Shown one piece after another: positions 1 through 6,858 of a stretch of 39,784 bases of DNA. Origin of the DNA: a virus. Numbering within the stretch: position 1 is the first letter of the stretch; the number at the start of each line of letters is the position of its first letter. Both the position numbers and the translations under genes were made by a program. The stretch is from the IMG/VR virus record IMGVR_UViG_3300045988_082269, positions 1-39,784 of that record; one strand, written 5' to 3'. The notes beneath the pieces are model-generated. The model was not told where the DNA came from, did no database searches, and saw nothing but the letters and a program-made list of their open reading frames with translations.

Positions 1-119
1 CCTGCCCCTGCGGAGCATAATTCCGATCGCAGGCGATCCGGAAGCTGCACACGGTATTTCCGTTCTGGGTGGTGCGCAGCTCCGGATCAGCGATAAGACG
101 CCCCATGATCGCTACTACA
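1..119. repeat. Terminal direct repeat, copy 1 (identical to 39666..39784); contains the 5' end of ssb (ATG at 104-106, minus strand)
   Basis: Base-by-base identity read between the two window ends. Confidence 0.95.
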
Positions 120-425
120 TTGAGCATATCTCAGATAATCCTTTCCGACCATCTCCATCCACTGGCGGTGGTCATAAACAGCCTCGAAACTCCGCTGGGC
201 TTGTTTCTTGAGGTATAGCCGGAGCCGGTGGTCGAAATGTGCGCTGTATCCCGGCTCGTTGTGGTGCCGGTGGCACAGCCAGACCTTCAGGCCATACTGC
301 TCGGCCATCGGGCGGAGCGGGCCGTTGAGCACATGATGCTCTTCGAGGCCTTGCACCGTCACAACGCCGTACAGCATCCGACAGACGTAACACTCCCGCC
401 GGGTCTGCATAATAGAATCAGCCAT
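87..425 (-). CDS. Small Cys/His-rich nuclease-like protein (HNH/zinc-finger type), 112 aa
   Basis: ORF 87..515 trimmed to the internal ATG at 423-425. Motifs CYVC...EEHHV...CHRHH. Overlaps both neighbouring genes, suggesting translational coupling. Confidence 0.55.
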   Translation of the reverse strand: MADSIMQTRRECYVCRMLYGVVTVQGLEEHHVLNGPLRPMAEQYGLKVWLCHRHHNEPGYSAHFDHRLRLYLKKQAQRSFEAVYDHRQWMEMVGKDYLRYAQCSSDHGASYR

Positions 426-801
426 GTTTGGTCTCCTTCGGCGGTTTTGGTTGTTCCATCCAGTGGGTGACCTTCGTGTGGGCCAATCCGCCGCTCCAAT
501 CGTCCCAGCCGACAAAGCTTTCAGATATCACGTACCGGACATTTGCAACGATTCGTCCGTTCTCCGTGTATGTCAGGAGCCGTTCACTGATCTCACACTT
601 CGGCGGATAATCATCGTCCTCGGTCGCTTGATGCAGCGGAGGAAGTTTACTTGCAGGCGTCCACAATCCGGTGGGGTAGATTTGGCTTGCAATAAGCATC
701 AAATTCGCCACACGATCGCTTTCCTCCTTGCTTGTGCAGTGGATGGTCACATCGTATGCGCCGTCAGAATTATATTTTATAACCATGTTTCCATCCGCCA
801 T
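418..801 (-). CDS. DUF551-like phage protein, paralog 1 of 3, 127 aa
   Basis: ATG at 801 lies 10 nt after AGGAGG. The C-terminal THWMEQPKPPK tail resembles the tails of the 36450..36917 and 36978..37397 products. Confidence 0.6.
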   Translation of the reverse strand: MADGNMVIKYNSDGAYDVTIHCTSKEESDRVANLMLIASQIYPTGLWTPASKLPPLHQATEDDDYPPKCEISERLLTYTENGRIVANVRYVISESFVGWDDWSGGLAHTKVTHWMEQPKPPKETKHG

Positions 802-1352
802 TACCTTGGCACCTCCTGCCACTCCTGCCAGTAGGCGGTCACATTGGGGTCATTGACGCCCATTTCCGCCAGCCGGTCAAAAATTCGGTTGATAAAATCT
901 GTCATCTGGGCTGTCGAGAAGCTGCTGGAGCCCATGGACACCTTCACGGTGCATCGGTCATTGTCCAGCAGCTCGACAACGTGAACCAGCTTGAACGCCT
1001 GCCGCACCGCCGGGAGAGCTTTCTGCGGGACCTCGAGGAAGTAATATTCCAGCCCGAACTCTTCCAGCATCTCGATGTAGCAGTCCTCCGGCGAGATCCC
1101 GCCGCCCTGCCCGGCGTTGTAGGCGTTCGCCATGATGGTCAGCAACGCCCACATCATCCGGTTTTGCTCGAGCGACCGCTTCCGGCGGTATCGCTCGAGG
1201 GTCACGGTCAGACGCAGCGGCTCGCCGTGTGCCAGATCGTCCAATTTCTGGCGAATCTGGGTTTCCACAAACTCCACCGAGTTCTCCACGGTGACGTGCT
1301 GCGTTTTTGGATCGTAGATCACCGGCAGCTTGCCAATCAGGTCTTTTCCCAT
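801..1352 (-). CDS. ninB: NinB/Orf-family recombination mediator, 183 aa
   Basis: Core RSLEQNRMMWALL matches lambda NinB RSLDQNRKLWACL. Sits in the early recombination module. Confidence 0.7.
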   Translation of the reverse strand: MGKDLIGKLPVIYDPKTQHVTVENSVEFVETQIRQKLDDLAHGEPLRLTVTLERYRRKRSLEQNRMMWALLTIMANAYNAGQGGGISPEDCYIEMLEEFGLEYYFLEVPQKALPAVRQAFKLVHVVELLDNDRCTVKVSMGSSSFSTAQMTDFINRIFDRLAEMGVNDPNVTAYWQEWQEVPR

Positions 1353-1948
1353 AGGGCTTTCTTTCCGTCGGCCAGCTCGAACTGCACCATGGTGATCCGG
1401 CCGGCCTCATCCCGGGCGAAGCGATCCACCCGCAAAGATGTGTTCAGCCGGTAACGTTCCAGCTCGCCTTGAATGATCGGCACCTGCGTGCTCTTGAGCA
1501 GCAGGTTTCCCAGCTCCATCACGTCGCGCCCTGCGCCCCAGATGGACGCCGCCGCCAGAAAACTGGTCGTGGTGCGCATCAAGGCAGGGTCACGGCAGGG
1601 GAGCGGGATCGCGGCAGCGTCCTTGTAGACATACTCCCCGGTCGCCGGGCAGTACACGCCGACCGCGCACCACAGCTGACCATCCGCGAAGTATTGCCGC
1701 TTGCACCACCCGCCGGGGCCGTAGGTATCGTCCAGAATTTGCCGGACGGAAGGCTCCCGGGGGATGACCCGGACGCGGACGGCATCCTCAGATGTCTCCA
1801 CGATCAGCACGACGCACTCCTCCGGGGCTGTCTGGCGGGGTTTCGGAAGTTCGACGGGGAATTTAACGTCTGGGACAGAAACGGCGTTACAGCCCCCCGC
1901 AGGGTGCTTTGCAGGCGTTCTGCGGGATGCAGACTTTCCGGTTGCCAT
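1337..1948 (-). CDS. Hypothetical early protein, 203 aa (possible recombination partner of NinB)
   Basis: ATG 1946-1948 is preceded by GGGAGGTGG. Overlaps the ninB start by 16 nt. No motif recognised. Confidence 0.6.
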   Translation of the reverse strand: MATGKSASRRTPAKHPAGGCNAVSVPDVKFPVELPKPRQTAPEECVVLIVETSEDAVRVRVIPREPSVRQILDDTYGPGGWCKRQYFADGQLWCAVGVYCPATGEYVYKDAAAIPLPCRDPALMRTTTSFLAAASIWGAGRDVMELGNLLLKSTQVPIIQGELERYRLNTSLRVDRFARDEAGRITMVQFELADGKKALWEKT

Positions 1949-1962
1949 CAACACCACCTCCC

Positions 1963-2142
1963 TCAGTAGGGGCTGGAAACGGCAACCGTTGCCATTTCCG
2001 CCGGGGTGTAGTCCTCAAGGACGTGCCGAAGCTCGTGCACGATCTCATTGATCTTTTCGGGTGGGATCTCCGCCATCCGCAGCGCGGTGATGGTGTAGCC
2101 GATCACGCTCTGATCGTAGGTGGGGGTGTTGTCCTTAGACAT
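1963..2142 (-). CDS. Hypothetical protein, 59 aa
   Basis: ORF trimmed to ATG 2140-2142, downstream of repeated GAGGAGG motifs. Confidence 0.55.
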   Translation of the reverse strand: MSKDNTPTYDQSVIGYTITALRMAEIPPEKINEIVHELRHVLEDYTPAEMATVAVSSPY

Positions 2143-2434
2143 CCGTGCCAGCCTCCTCAGCCTCCTCAGCCTCCTCAAGCGTCGCAACGTCCTCAGCATC
2201 TGCCGGATCAGCGTTAGTATCGTAGCTGTACACCAGCAGGCGGACGTCACGCTCTACCAACGTCCGGCAGTAAGAGCAGGCATCTCGTGCCTCTTCTACG
2301 GTCAAGACGGCTGCGGACTTGTCCAGCGGACCGTTCGCAAGCATCTGATACATTGCACGCCCCATCGCCTTGGCGTCCTTGCTGTACTTTCGGCGATAGG
2401 AGGGAGAAGATGCAGTTTTGCAAGTTTCGTACAT
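2135..2434 (-). CDS. Hypothetical protein with acidic EEAEEAEEA C-terminus, 99 aa
   Basis: ORF 2135..2509 trimmed to the ATG at 2432-2434, preceded by GAGG. The upstream ATG at 2509 has no RBS. Confidence 0.55.
   Translation of the reverse strand: MYETCKTASSPSYRRKYSKDAKAMGRAMYQMLANGPLDKSAAVLTVEEARDACSYCRTLVERDVRLLVYSYDTNADPADAEDVATLEEAEEAEEAGTDV
2149..2177. repeat. 9-bp tandem repeat CAGCCTCCT x3 (minus strand GAGGAGGCT)
   Basis: Read directly. Encodes EEAEEAEEA and gives three SD-like GAGGAGG copies upstream of the 1963..2142 start. Confidence 0.9.
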
Positions 2435-2463
2435 AATGCTTACCTCAACTTTCTTATTTTCTC

Positions 2464-2514
2464 GCGCTCTCGCGCTGGCAGCGGCTCTTTTTTTGGCACC
2501 TGCCGCCATTGGTG
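2464..2514. repeat. 51-bp direct repeat, copy 1 (49/51 identical to 2738..2788)
   Basis: GCGCTCTCGCGCTGGCAGCGGCTCTTTTTTTGGCACCTGCCGCCATTGGTG. Lies about 30 nt upstream of the 2434 start codon. Confidence 0.9.
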
Positions 2515-2527
2515 TGAAAGCGGAAAT

Positions 2528-2704
2528 TCAGCTCTGAAGTCCTTCCTGCATAGCCGTTTCCAGAAGATGCTGGAGATCCTCCAGAATGTTCTCATAGATT
2601 TTTTTCTCCCGGTCGGAGATGCGTTCATCTTCCAGACGGCACTGATACTTGCCTATCAGATAGCCGATCCGCTCGCGGGTACGCATTCCATGCTCACTTG
2701 TCAT
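2528..2704 (-). CDS. Small hypothetical protein, 58 aa (below the ORF-track cutoff)
   Basis: Hand translation gives MTSEHGMRTRERIGYLIGKYQCRLEDERISDREKKIYENILEDLQHLLETAMQEGLQS. GGAGG lies 9 nt upstream of ATG 2702-2704. Confidence 0.5.
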   Translation of the reverse strand: MTSEHGMRTRERIGYLIGKYQCRLEDERISDREKKIYENILEDLQHLLETAMQEGLQS

Positions 2705-2737
2705 TTTGTGCTGCCTCCATTTTTGGGCTGTTTTTTT

Positions 2738-2788
2738 GCGCTCTCGCGCTGGCAGCGGCTCTTATTTTGGCACCTGCCGTCATTGGTG
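2738..2788. repeat. 51-bp direct repeat, copy 2
   Basis: GCGCTCTCGCGCTGGCAGCGGCTCTTATTTTGGCACCTGCCGTCATTGGTG. Lies about 34 nt upstream of the 2704 start codon. Confidence 0.9.
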
Positions 2789-2797
2789 CGCCGGGGA

Positions 2798-3037
2798 TCA
2801 TTGGCAGTATTCGCTGTGGTCTTCCAGCCCCAGCAGGTAATCCGCAGAGACTCGATACAGACGGCACATATCCGCCAGCAGCTCCAGATCCGGCTCCGTC
2901 CTGCCTTGCTCATAGCTCTGGAGTGTATAGATACCAACGCGCAATTCTTGTGCTGCACCCCTCTGCCGGAAGCCGTGTACCCTCCGCAGGTCTTTCAACC
3001 GCTGGCCGAACCGCCGGTCAAAATCAGTACGTCCCAT
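2798..3037 (-). CDS. XRE-family helix-turn-helix regulator, 79 aa
   Basis: FGQRLKDLR...QELRVGIYTLQSYEQGRTEP...SADYLLGL is a canonical Cro/CI-type HTH. Confidence 0.8.
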   Translation of the reverse strand: MGRTDFDRRFGQRLKDLRRVHGFRQRGAAQELRVGIYTLQSYEQGRTEPDLELLADMCRLYRVSADYLLGLEDHSEYCQ

Positions 3038-3040
3038 ACC

Positions 3041-3277
3041 CTAGTACGTCCTATACTCTTGATCCAGCAAGGTGTCGAGTCGGATGGTGTTTCCGTGCCC
3101 CTTGCCCTCTTCTCCGGCCATGTTCGCCCATCCGTCCGGGTACCGCTTGCGGACGTACCGCGCCGGGATCCCCATACAGACGGAGACCTGCTCCAGCGTC
3201 AGCCGGATGCACCCGTACCGCCCGAAAATGGCTTTGTAACTCTCGTGCCACGCTTCGTTTCTAGTCGATTTCGCCAC
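3041..3277 (-). CDS. Small putative DNA-binding protein, 78 aa
   Basis: HTH-like segment LTLEQVSVCMGIPARYVRKRY. Tightly packed in the early operon. Confidence 0.5.
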   Translation of the reverse strand: MAKSTRNEAWHESYKAIFGRYGCIRLTLEQVSVCMGIPARYVRKRYPDGWANMAGEEGKGHGNTIRLDTLLDQEYRTY

Positions 3278-3596
3278 GTTCTCTCAGCTCCTTCTGTCTG
3301 CGTTCAAATTCTACCTGTTGGCCGTAGGTGCGGCCGGCAGCAATGGCGCGGGCGCACACGCTGTTAATGGTGTTTTCCGCTGCCGGTTTCGCTTTGCGTT
3401 TCGGCGCGGGAGGCATCCATTCTTTCCAGTCCTCGTCATCAGATGGGGTGCTCCGGAGATAGGCCTGCCGCCGGAGGTGGTTCTCCACGTCCTTGTGCTT
3501 GCGGCAGGGCGTGCAGTATAAGCGCGTCGCGCCGACATTCTCCATCACCTTGCCGCAGATCGCACAGCGGCGGGTAAAGCTTGTCCGATCGCTCAT
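3261..3596 (-). CDS. Zinc-ribbon protein, 111 aa
   Basis: ORF trimmed to ATG 3594-3596. CAICG...CTPCRKH four-Cys motif. ATGA overlap with the upstream gene. Confidence 0.6.
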   Translation of the reverse strand: MSDRTSFTRRCAICGKVMENVGATRLYCTPCRKHKDVENHLRRQAYLRSTPSDDEDWKEWMPPAPKRKAKPAAENTINSVCARAIAAGRTYGQQVEFERRQKELRERGEID

Positions 3597-3814
3597 CCTC
3601 GTGCCGTCCTTTCCATCCGCCGCTTCTGGGCGGAACGACGCCGGGCATTGTCGGCGCGTTTGTAGGCATCCCACCGCGCCAGCAGGTACGGCGCGGCCAG
3701 AATCAGCGGCGCGGCCAGAAAAACCAGCGCAAACTGCTCGATGCACGCGGCCTGATATGCGGTGGCACCCAGTGCCATTTCCAGATCCGCGAAGATCCAC
3801 CCAGTTGCCATCAT
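3593..3814 (-). CDS. Small membrane protein, 73 aa
   Basis: ORF trimmed to ATG 3812-3814. Hydrophobic segment FALVFLAAPLILAAPYLLA followed by a basic tail. Confidence 0.55.
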   Translation of the reverse strand: MMATGWIFADLEMALGATAYQAACIEQFALVFLAAPLILAAPYLLARWDAYKRADNARRRSAQKRRMERTARG

Positions 3815-3987
3815 AACAACACGACCTTTCCAAGCTTGTACGCCAACGCCAGCGCGATGACGATATACAATATCCAACCGGCCAGCACCTTGCGGCTTGG
3901 GCGTTGTGCGCTGATCAGCACCAACATCATCATCCCGCCGCCAGCCAAAAAACACATGACACAGTTTAAGATCCCATCGAAGGTCAT
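3811..3987 (-). CDS. Small membrane protein, 58 aa (below the ORF-track cutoff)
   Basis: Hand translation gives MTFDGILNCVMCFLAGGGMMMLVLISAQRPSRKVLAGWILYIVIALALAYKLGKVVLL. Two hydrophobic helices. Its stop overlaps the next start. Confidence 0.5.
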   Translation of the reverse strand: MTFDGILNCVMCFLAGGGMMMLVLISAQRPSRKVLAGWILYIVIALALAYKLGKVVLL

Positions 3988-3990
3988 CGG

Positions 3991-4173
3991 CTACACCTCG
4001 ATTCCCAACGCCTTGGCGATCGGCTCCTTGGGGTAATCGTTGGGATAGCGGCCTTGCATATACAGGCGGACCGCGTCATACCCCAGCCCAGCCCAGCGTG
4101 CCAGATCCCGATACGTCCATTTCCGGAGGGTCAACTGCTTCTTGACCTCTGCCCGGAATTCGAGATTCGTCAT
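3991..4173 (-). CDS. Cro-like small HTH protein, first gene of the early operon, 60 aa
   Basis: HTH segment WTYRDLARWAGLGYDAVRLYMQG. RBS AAAGGTGG. Divergent from the CI-like repressor. Confidence 0.65.
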   Translation of the reverse strand: MTNLEFRAEVKKQLTLRKWTYRDLARWAGLGYDAVRLYMQGRYPNDYPKEPIAKALGIEV

Positions 4174-4203
4174 ACTTACTTACACCACCTTTTGACAGTT
4201 TGG

Positions 4204-4232
4204 ATAAAAAATCACTATAAAAACATTGCCAA
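4204..4232 (-). promoter_or_regulatory. Candidate early promoter (-35 TTGGCA, 17-nt spacer, -10 TTTTAT)
   Basis: Read on the minus strand, about 25-30 nt upstream of the Cro-like start. Confidence 0.4.
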
Positions 4233-4316
4233 GCCGGGGAAAAGGTAGTAAACTAATATTTGCGGATATCAGATACACCAAAAAACCATCTTGGCAATAT
4301 TTCGAGCCGGTCTCAG

Positions 4317-4367
4317 GCGGGGAACGTCGGAGAACCGGTAAGGACAGATGCTCCGGAACAACCCGCC
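4317..4367. other. Nested GC-rich hairpin in the 354-bp switch intergenic region
   Basis: GGCGGG(4317-4322)/CCCGCC(4362-4367) enclose CGGAG(4328-4332)/CTCCG(4351-4355). Confidence 0.5.
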
Positions 4368-4482
4368 CGGTCGTTTCGGTCTCTGGCCTCAAATCCTGAA
4401 CCTTGAAAGGAGGAATCCATCAAGGGTCTGCACCCGGAAGGTAGAGGTGTGGGTCAATCACATCTCTCGGGTACGCTCTTAT

Positions 4483-4488
4483 TATAAT
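4483..4488 (+). promoter_or_regulatory. Perfect TATAAT -10 box upstream of the CI-like repressor (poor -35)
   Basis: TATAAT lies 40 nt upstream of ATG 4528 and overlaps the first TTCACAT half-site. Confidence 0.35.
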
Positions 4489-4522
4489 TCACATTGATTC
4501 ACATTTCAAGGTGTAATGTGAA
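4488..4522. promoter_or_regulatory. Candidate operator half-sites, TTCACAT x3
   Basis: TTCACAT at 4488-4494 and 4498-4504, with inverted ATGTGAA at 4516-4522. GATTCACAT/ATGTGAATC is a perfect 9-bp inverted repeat. Confidence 0.55.
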
Positions 4523-4527
4523 TCTTT

Positions 4528-4905
4528 ATGAATTTTGGCGTTTTACACAAAAATGAGGTGGCAAATTTGTTTTATGAAAATTTCAAACGGCAATGCGAAA
4601 AAATTGGAAAGCATCCGTCAGTTGCCGTTAGTGAACTGGGCTTCAACAAGTCAACAGCGGCGAAGTGGAAAACCGGCGTTGTTCCCCAGATTGGGAGCCG
4701 CAAGAGGATCGCCGACTATTTCGGAATCTCTGTCGAGGAATTGATGGGCGAAAAAAAAGAGCCCGCCGGGAAGGGCGGGCTGGGATTGGAGTGGGGAGAT
4801 ATAGAGGAGGCCTACAAAAACGCGACCCCGGAAGCGCGTGCAGCAGCCAAAGCTGCCGCACTTGCCGTGCTGGAAAATGGAAAAGCTGCCGGGAAGGGGG
4901 AATAG
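4528..4905 (+). CDS. CI-like XRE-family repressor, 125 aa
   Basis: HTH segment VAVSELGFNKSTAAKWKTG...IADYFGISVEEL. Divergent from the Cro-like gene. Confidence 0.75.
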   Translation: MNFGVLHKNEVANLFYENFKRQCEKIGKHPSVAVSELGFNKSTAAKWKTGVVPQIGSRKRIADYFGISVEELMGEKKEPAGKGGLGLEWGDIEEAYKNATPEARAAAKAAALAVLENGKAAGKGE

Positions 4906-4906
4906 C

Positions 4907-5260
4907 ATGGACTTTGAACAGATCGTGCTGTCCAGGCAGGAGCTAGACGACCTGCGCCGGATCGCACAGGAACCGGTCAAGAGCACAGATGGATGGACGA
5001 ACCGTGCAGAGAGATTGCTAAAGTTGGATCTCATCCGCAGTGATCCGGATCTGGAAATACTGCCCCGAATCGGATACGTCTACTCGCTATCGGATACCGG
5101 GAAATCATATCTGCAATATCTTGACCGCAGAGAGCGAGAAAAACAGGCCGAAAGTGACAGATCAGCCCGGTCGCTCAAAGAGGCTCGGCTCGCAAACAAA
5201 ATATCAATCTTTGCGCTGATCGTCTCTGTTATCGCCCTGATCGTCTCGATCTTCCGCTAA
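4907..5260 (+). CDS. C-terminally membrane-anchored protein co-transcribed with the repressor, 117 aa
   Basis: ATG 4907 lies 2 nt after the repressor stop, with GGGAAGGGGG upstream. C-terminal TM segment ISIFALIVSVIALIVSIF. Confidence 0.6.
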   Translation: MDFEQIVLSRQELDDLRRIAQEPVKSTDGWTNRAERLLKLDLIRSDPDLEILPRIGYVYSLSDTGKSYLQYLDRREREKQAESDRSARSLKEARLANKISIFALIVSVIALIVSIFR

Positions 5261-5554
5261 AGAATGCACCACGCGGGAAAAGACTTCCGCGTCGAACGAA
5301 TCTCTCAGACGAAGATACAGAAGGTCAGGAAGATACATGGCGGTCTGATATGGAATTTTTCGTTCGGTCATGACCTGCATGAACTCCTCTGCAAGGTCTT
5401 TCGCTTCCTGAGGCGGCGGGGCGTCCTTGTGAAGTCCTATGTGGTAATCGTAGAAGCTTCCGCTGACAGAGCAAGTGGGGAGAGTCGGAAATCGTTCCCG
5501 CCATTCCTCCGCATCATTTTTTTTCGTTGAATTTTTGGGGGCAAAATCGAACAT
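5204..5554 (-). CDS. Hypothetical protein, 116 aa; convergent 57-nt overlap with 4907..5260
   Basis: ATG 5552-5554 lies 8 nt after AAAGGA. Protein-like composition. No motif recognised. Confidence 0.5.
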   Translation of the reverse strand: MFDFAPKNSTKKNDAEEWRERFPTLPTCSVSGSFYDYHIGLHKDAPPPQEAKDLAEEFMQVMTERKIPYQTAMYLPDLLYLRLRDSFDAEVFSRVVHSLAEDRDDQGDNRDDQRKD

Positions 5555-5834
5555 AGAATTGTCCTTTCTGGCACTGGGTGAGCAGTCGTACTTGCGCTTT
5601 TAGTGTACTTTTTCCGGGCGAAAAAATCAATTCTCTTGTCAGGCAACCGTTTTTGCGTCAAATTCCAGAAGAACACGAAGCACCGTCTCCCAGAGTTCCG
5701 GATGCGCTTGCAACAGATCCAAAAATTCGTTGTCTGACATTTCAAAACACTTCCTTTACGTCGTATGGTTGTTAATTACAACTGTATATTACAACTAATA
5801 ACAGGCAAAATCAAGAGGAAAAGAGGAATCCGCA

Positions 5835-6722
5835 ATGAAAATTGTAAAAAATGGTCAAAGATTGGCCGCGGCAGTCTGCCTCGCGGCGGTGGTATCCGGT
5901 GGTGCGTTGCCCGCGCTGGCCGTCAACCCCGCCGGGTATACCTCGCTGACTCAGGCGGAAGAAGTCAACTCAATCACCCCAGAACAAGTGGAAGAACTAA
6001 TCAATGAGATTGGGGTCGTTACACTAGAAAGCGCAACTGCTATCGAAAATGCGGAAAAATCTTATGAAGAGCTTGCGGATAATTGGAAACCAATGGTATC
6101 GAACTATTCTGTATTGCAAAATGCACAAAAAGAACTTCAGGATTTGCAAGTTGATGATTTGACGCAAAAATTATGCGCAGGATTGTACAAAGAGCACGAC
6201 GACGTAGAAAATTATGATTGCTATTTGTGGGCCGGGTGGCCTAAAACAGACCAAATAAATTTTGTGATGCCTTATTTTTGCGTTTCTCCTCAAAACGGAA
6301 TTGAGCCTATTCGCATGATGTATGGTTCTTACAGAAGCAATTGGCTTTTTTTAAACGAAGTGGTTTATTCCGTTAATGGAGAAATCTATCGAAAAACTCT
6401 TGATACTTCAAAAAGGTTTTCAAAAACAGTTGTAGAGTTTAAAAATGTTTACACATGGGAAAAAATAGATGAGATTGCGGATCAAAAAGAAATTGAAATG
6501 CTTAGAAAAGCAACTGTTGCCGAAGATCCAGTAATTCGTTTGAAAGGAGACGGTGGAAAAGTCGATTTGCACATTACAGGACTTTACGAAAATTACAACA
6601 AGTCGTTAACGGCCTTTTTAAACGCCTATGATAGCCTGATGGCTGCGTCACCAGAAGTACAAGCAAGAGCATTGGCAAATGTACCTTCCCACAAATCTAA
6701 CAGCAAATTTTTTAGATTTTGA
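5835..6722 (+). CDS. Secreted protein of unknown function (AT-rich moron), 295 aa
   Basis: Signal peptide MKIVKNGQRLAAAVCLAAVVSGGALPALA|VNP. RBS GAGGAA. Visibly lower GC than the flanks. Confidence 0.75.
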   Translation: MKIVKNGQRLAAAVCLAAVVSGGALPALAVNPAGYTSLTQAEEVNSITPEQVEELINEIGVVTLESATAIENAEKSYEELADNWKPMVSNYSVLQNAQKELQDLQVDDLTQKLCAGLYKEHDDVENYDCYLWAGWPKTDQINFVMPYFCVSPQNGIEPIRMMYGSYRSNWLFLNEVVYSVNGEIYRKTLDTSKRFSKTVVEFKNVYTWEKIDEIADQKEIEMLRKATVAEDPVIRLKGDGGKVDLHITGLYENYNKSLTAFLNAYDSLMAASPEVQARALANVPSHKSNSKFFRF

Positions 6723-6727
6723 CGCCG

Positions 6728-6746
6728 GGTGTCCACTGTGGACACC
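6728..6746. repeat. 19-bp perfect palindrome GGTGTCCACTGTGGACACC, copy 1 of 3
   Basis: Read directly, 6 nt after the stop of 5835..6722. Confidence 0.95.
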
Positions 6747-6764
6747 TGAAATTTCAAAAAGCAT

Positions 6765-6791
6765 CCCCCGCCGCCGGAGAGACGACGGGGG
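6765..6791 (-). terminator. Intrinsic terminator of the minus-strand small-gene operon
   Basis: Stem CCCCCGCCG/CGACGGGGG (one mismatch), followed on the minus strand by ATGCTTTTTGAAATTT. Confidence 0.55.
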
Positions 6792-6858
6792 AAGTTATTA
6801 TTCTGGTAGGCCAAAAATCAAGCCCAAAAGGACAATCGGCCATGGATTCTGAGCTTTT

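Noticed and set aside
2464-2514. TGGCAC-N5 motif inside the 51-bp repeats, resembling a sigma-54 -24 element, and the in-frame peptide MAAGAKKRAAASARA
   Set aside because: The motif is on the strand opposite to the genes, and the -12 TTGC element is missing. The repeat-internal ATGs have no Shine-Dalgarno sequence, whereas the downstream ATGs do.
4405-4412. Consensus AAAGGAGG on the plus strand in the switch region, as the start of a hidden gene
   Set aside because: No ATG, GTG or TTG lies within 4-13 nt downstream (the nearest in-frame candidate is ATC). The motif sits in the loop of a CCTTGA/TCAAGG hairpin.
5639-5740. 33-codon minus-strand ORF (MSDNEFLDLLQAHPELWETVLRVLLEFDAKTVA) with an AAAGGAAG RBS
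   Set aside because: It is too short to support without conservation or expression data. It could be a real micro-gene, but the evidence is only an SD-like motif.
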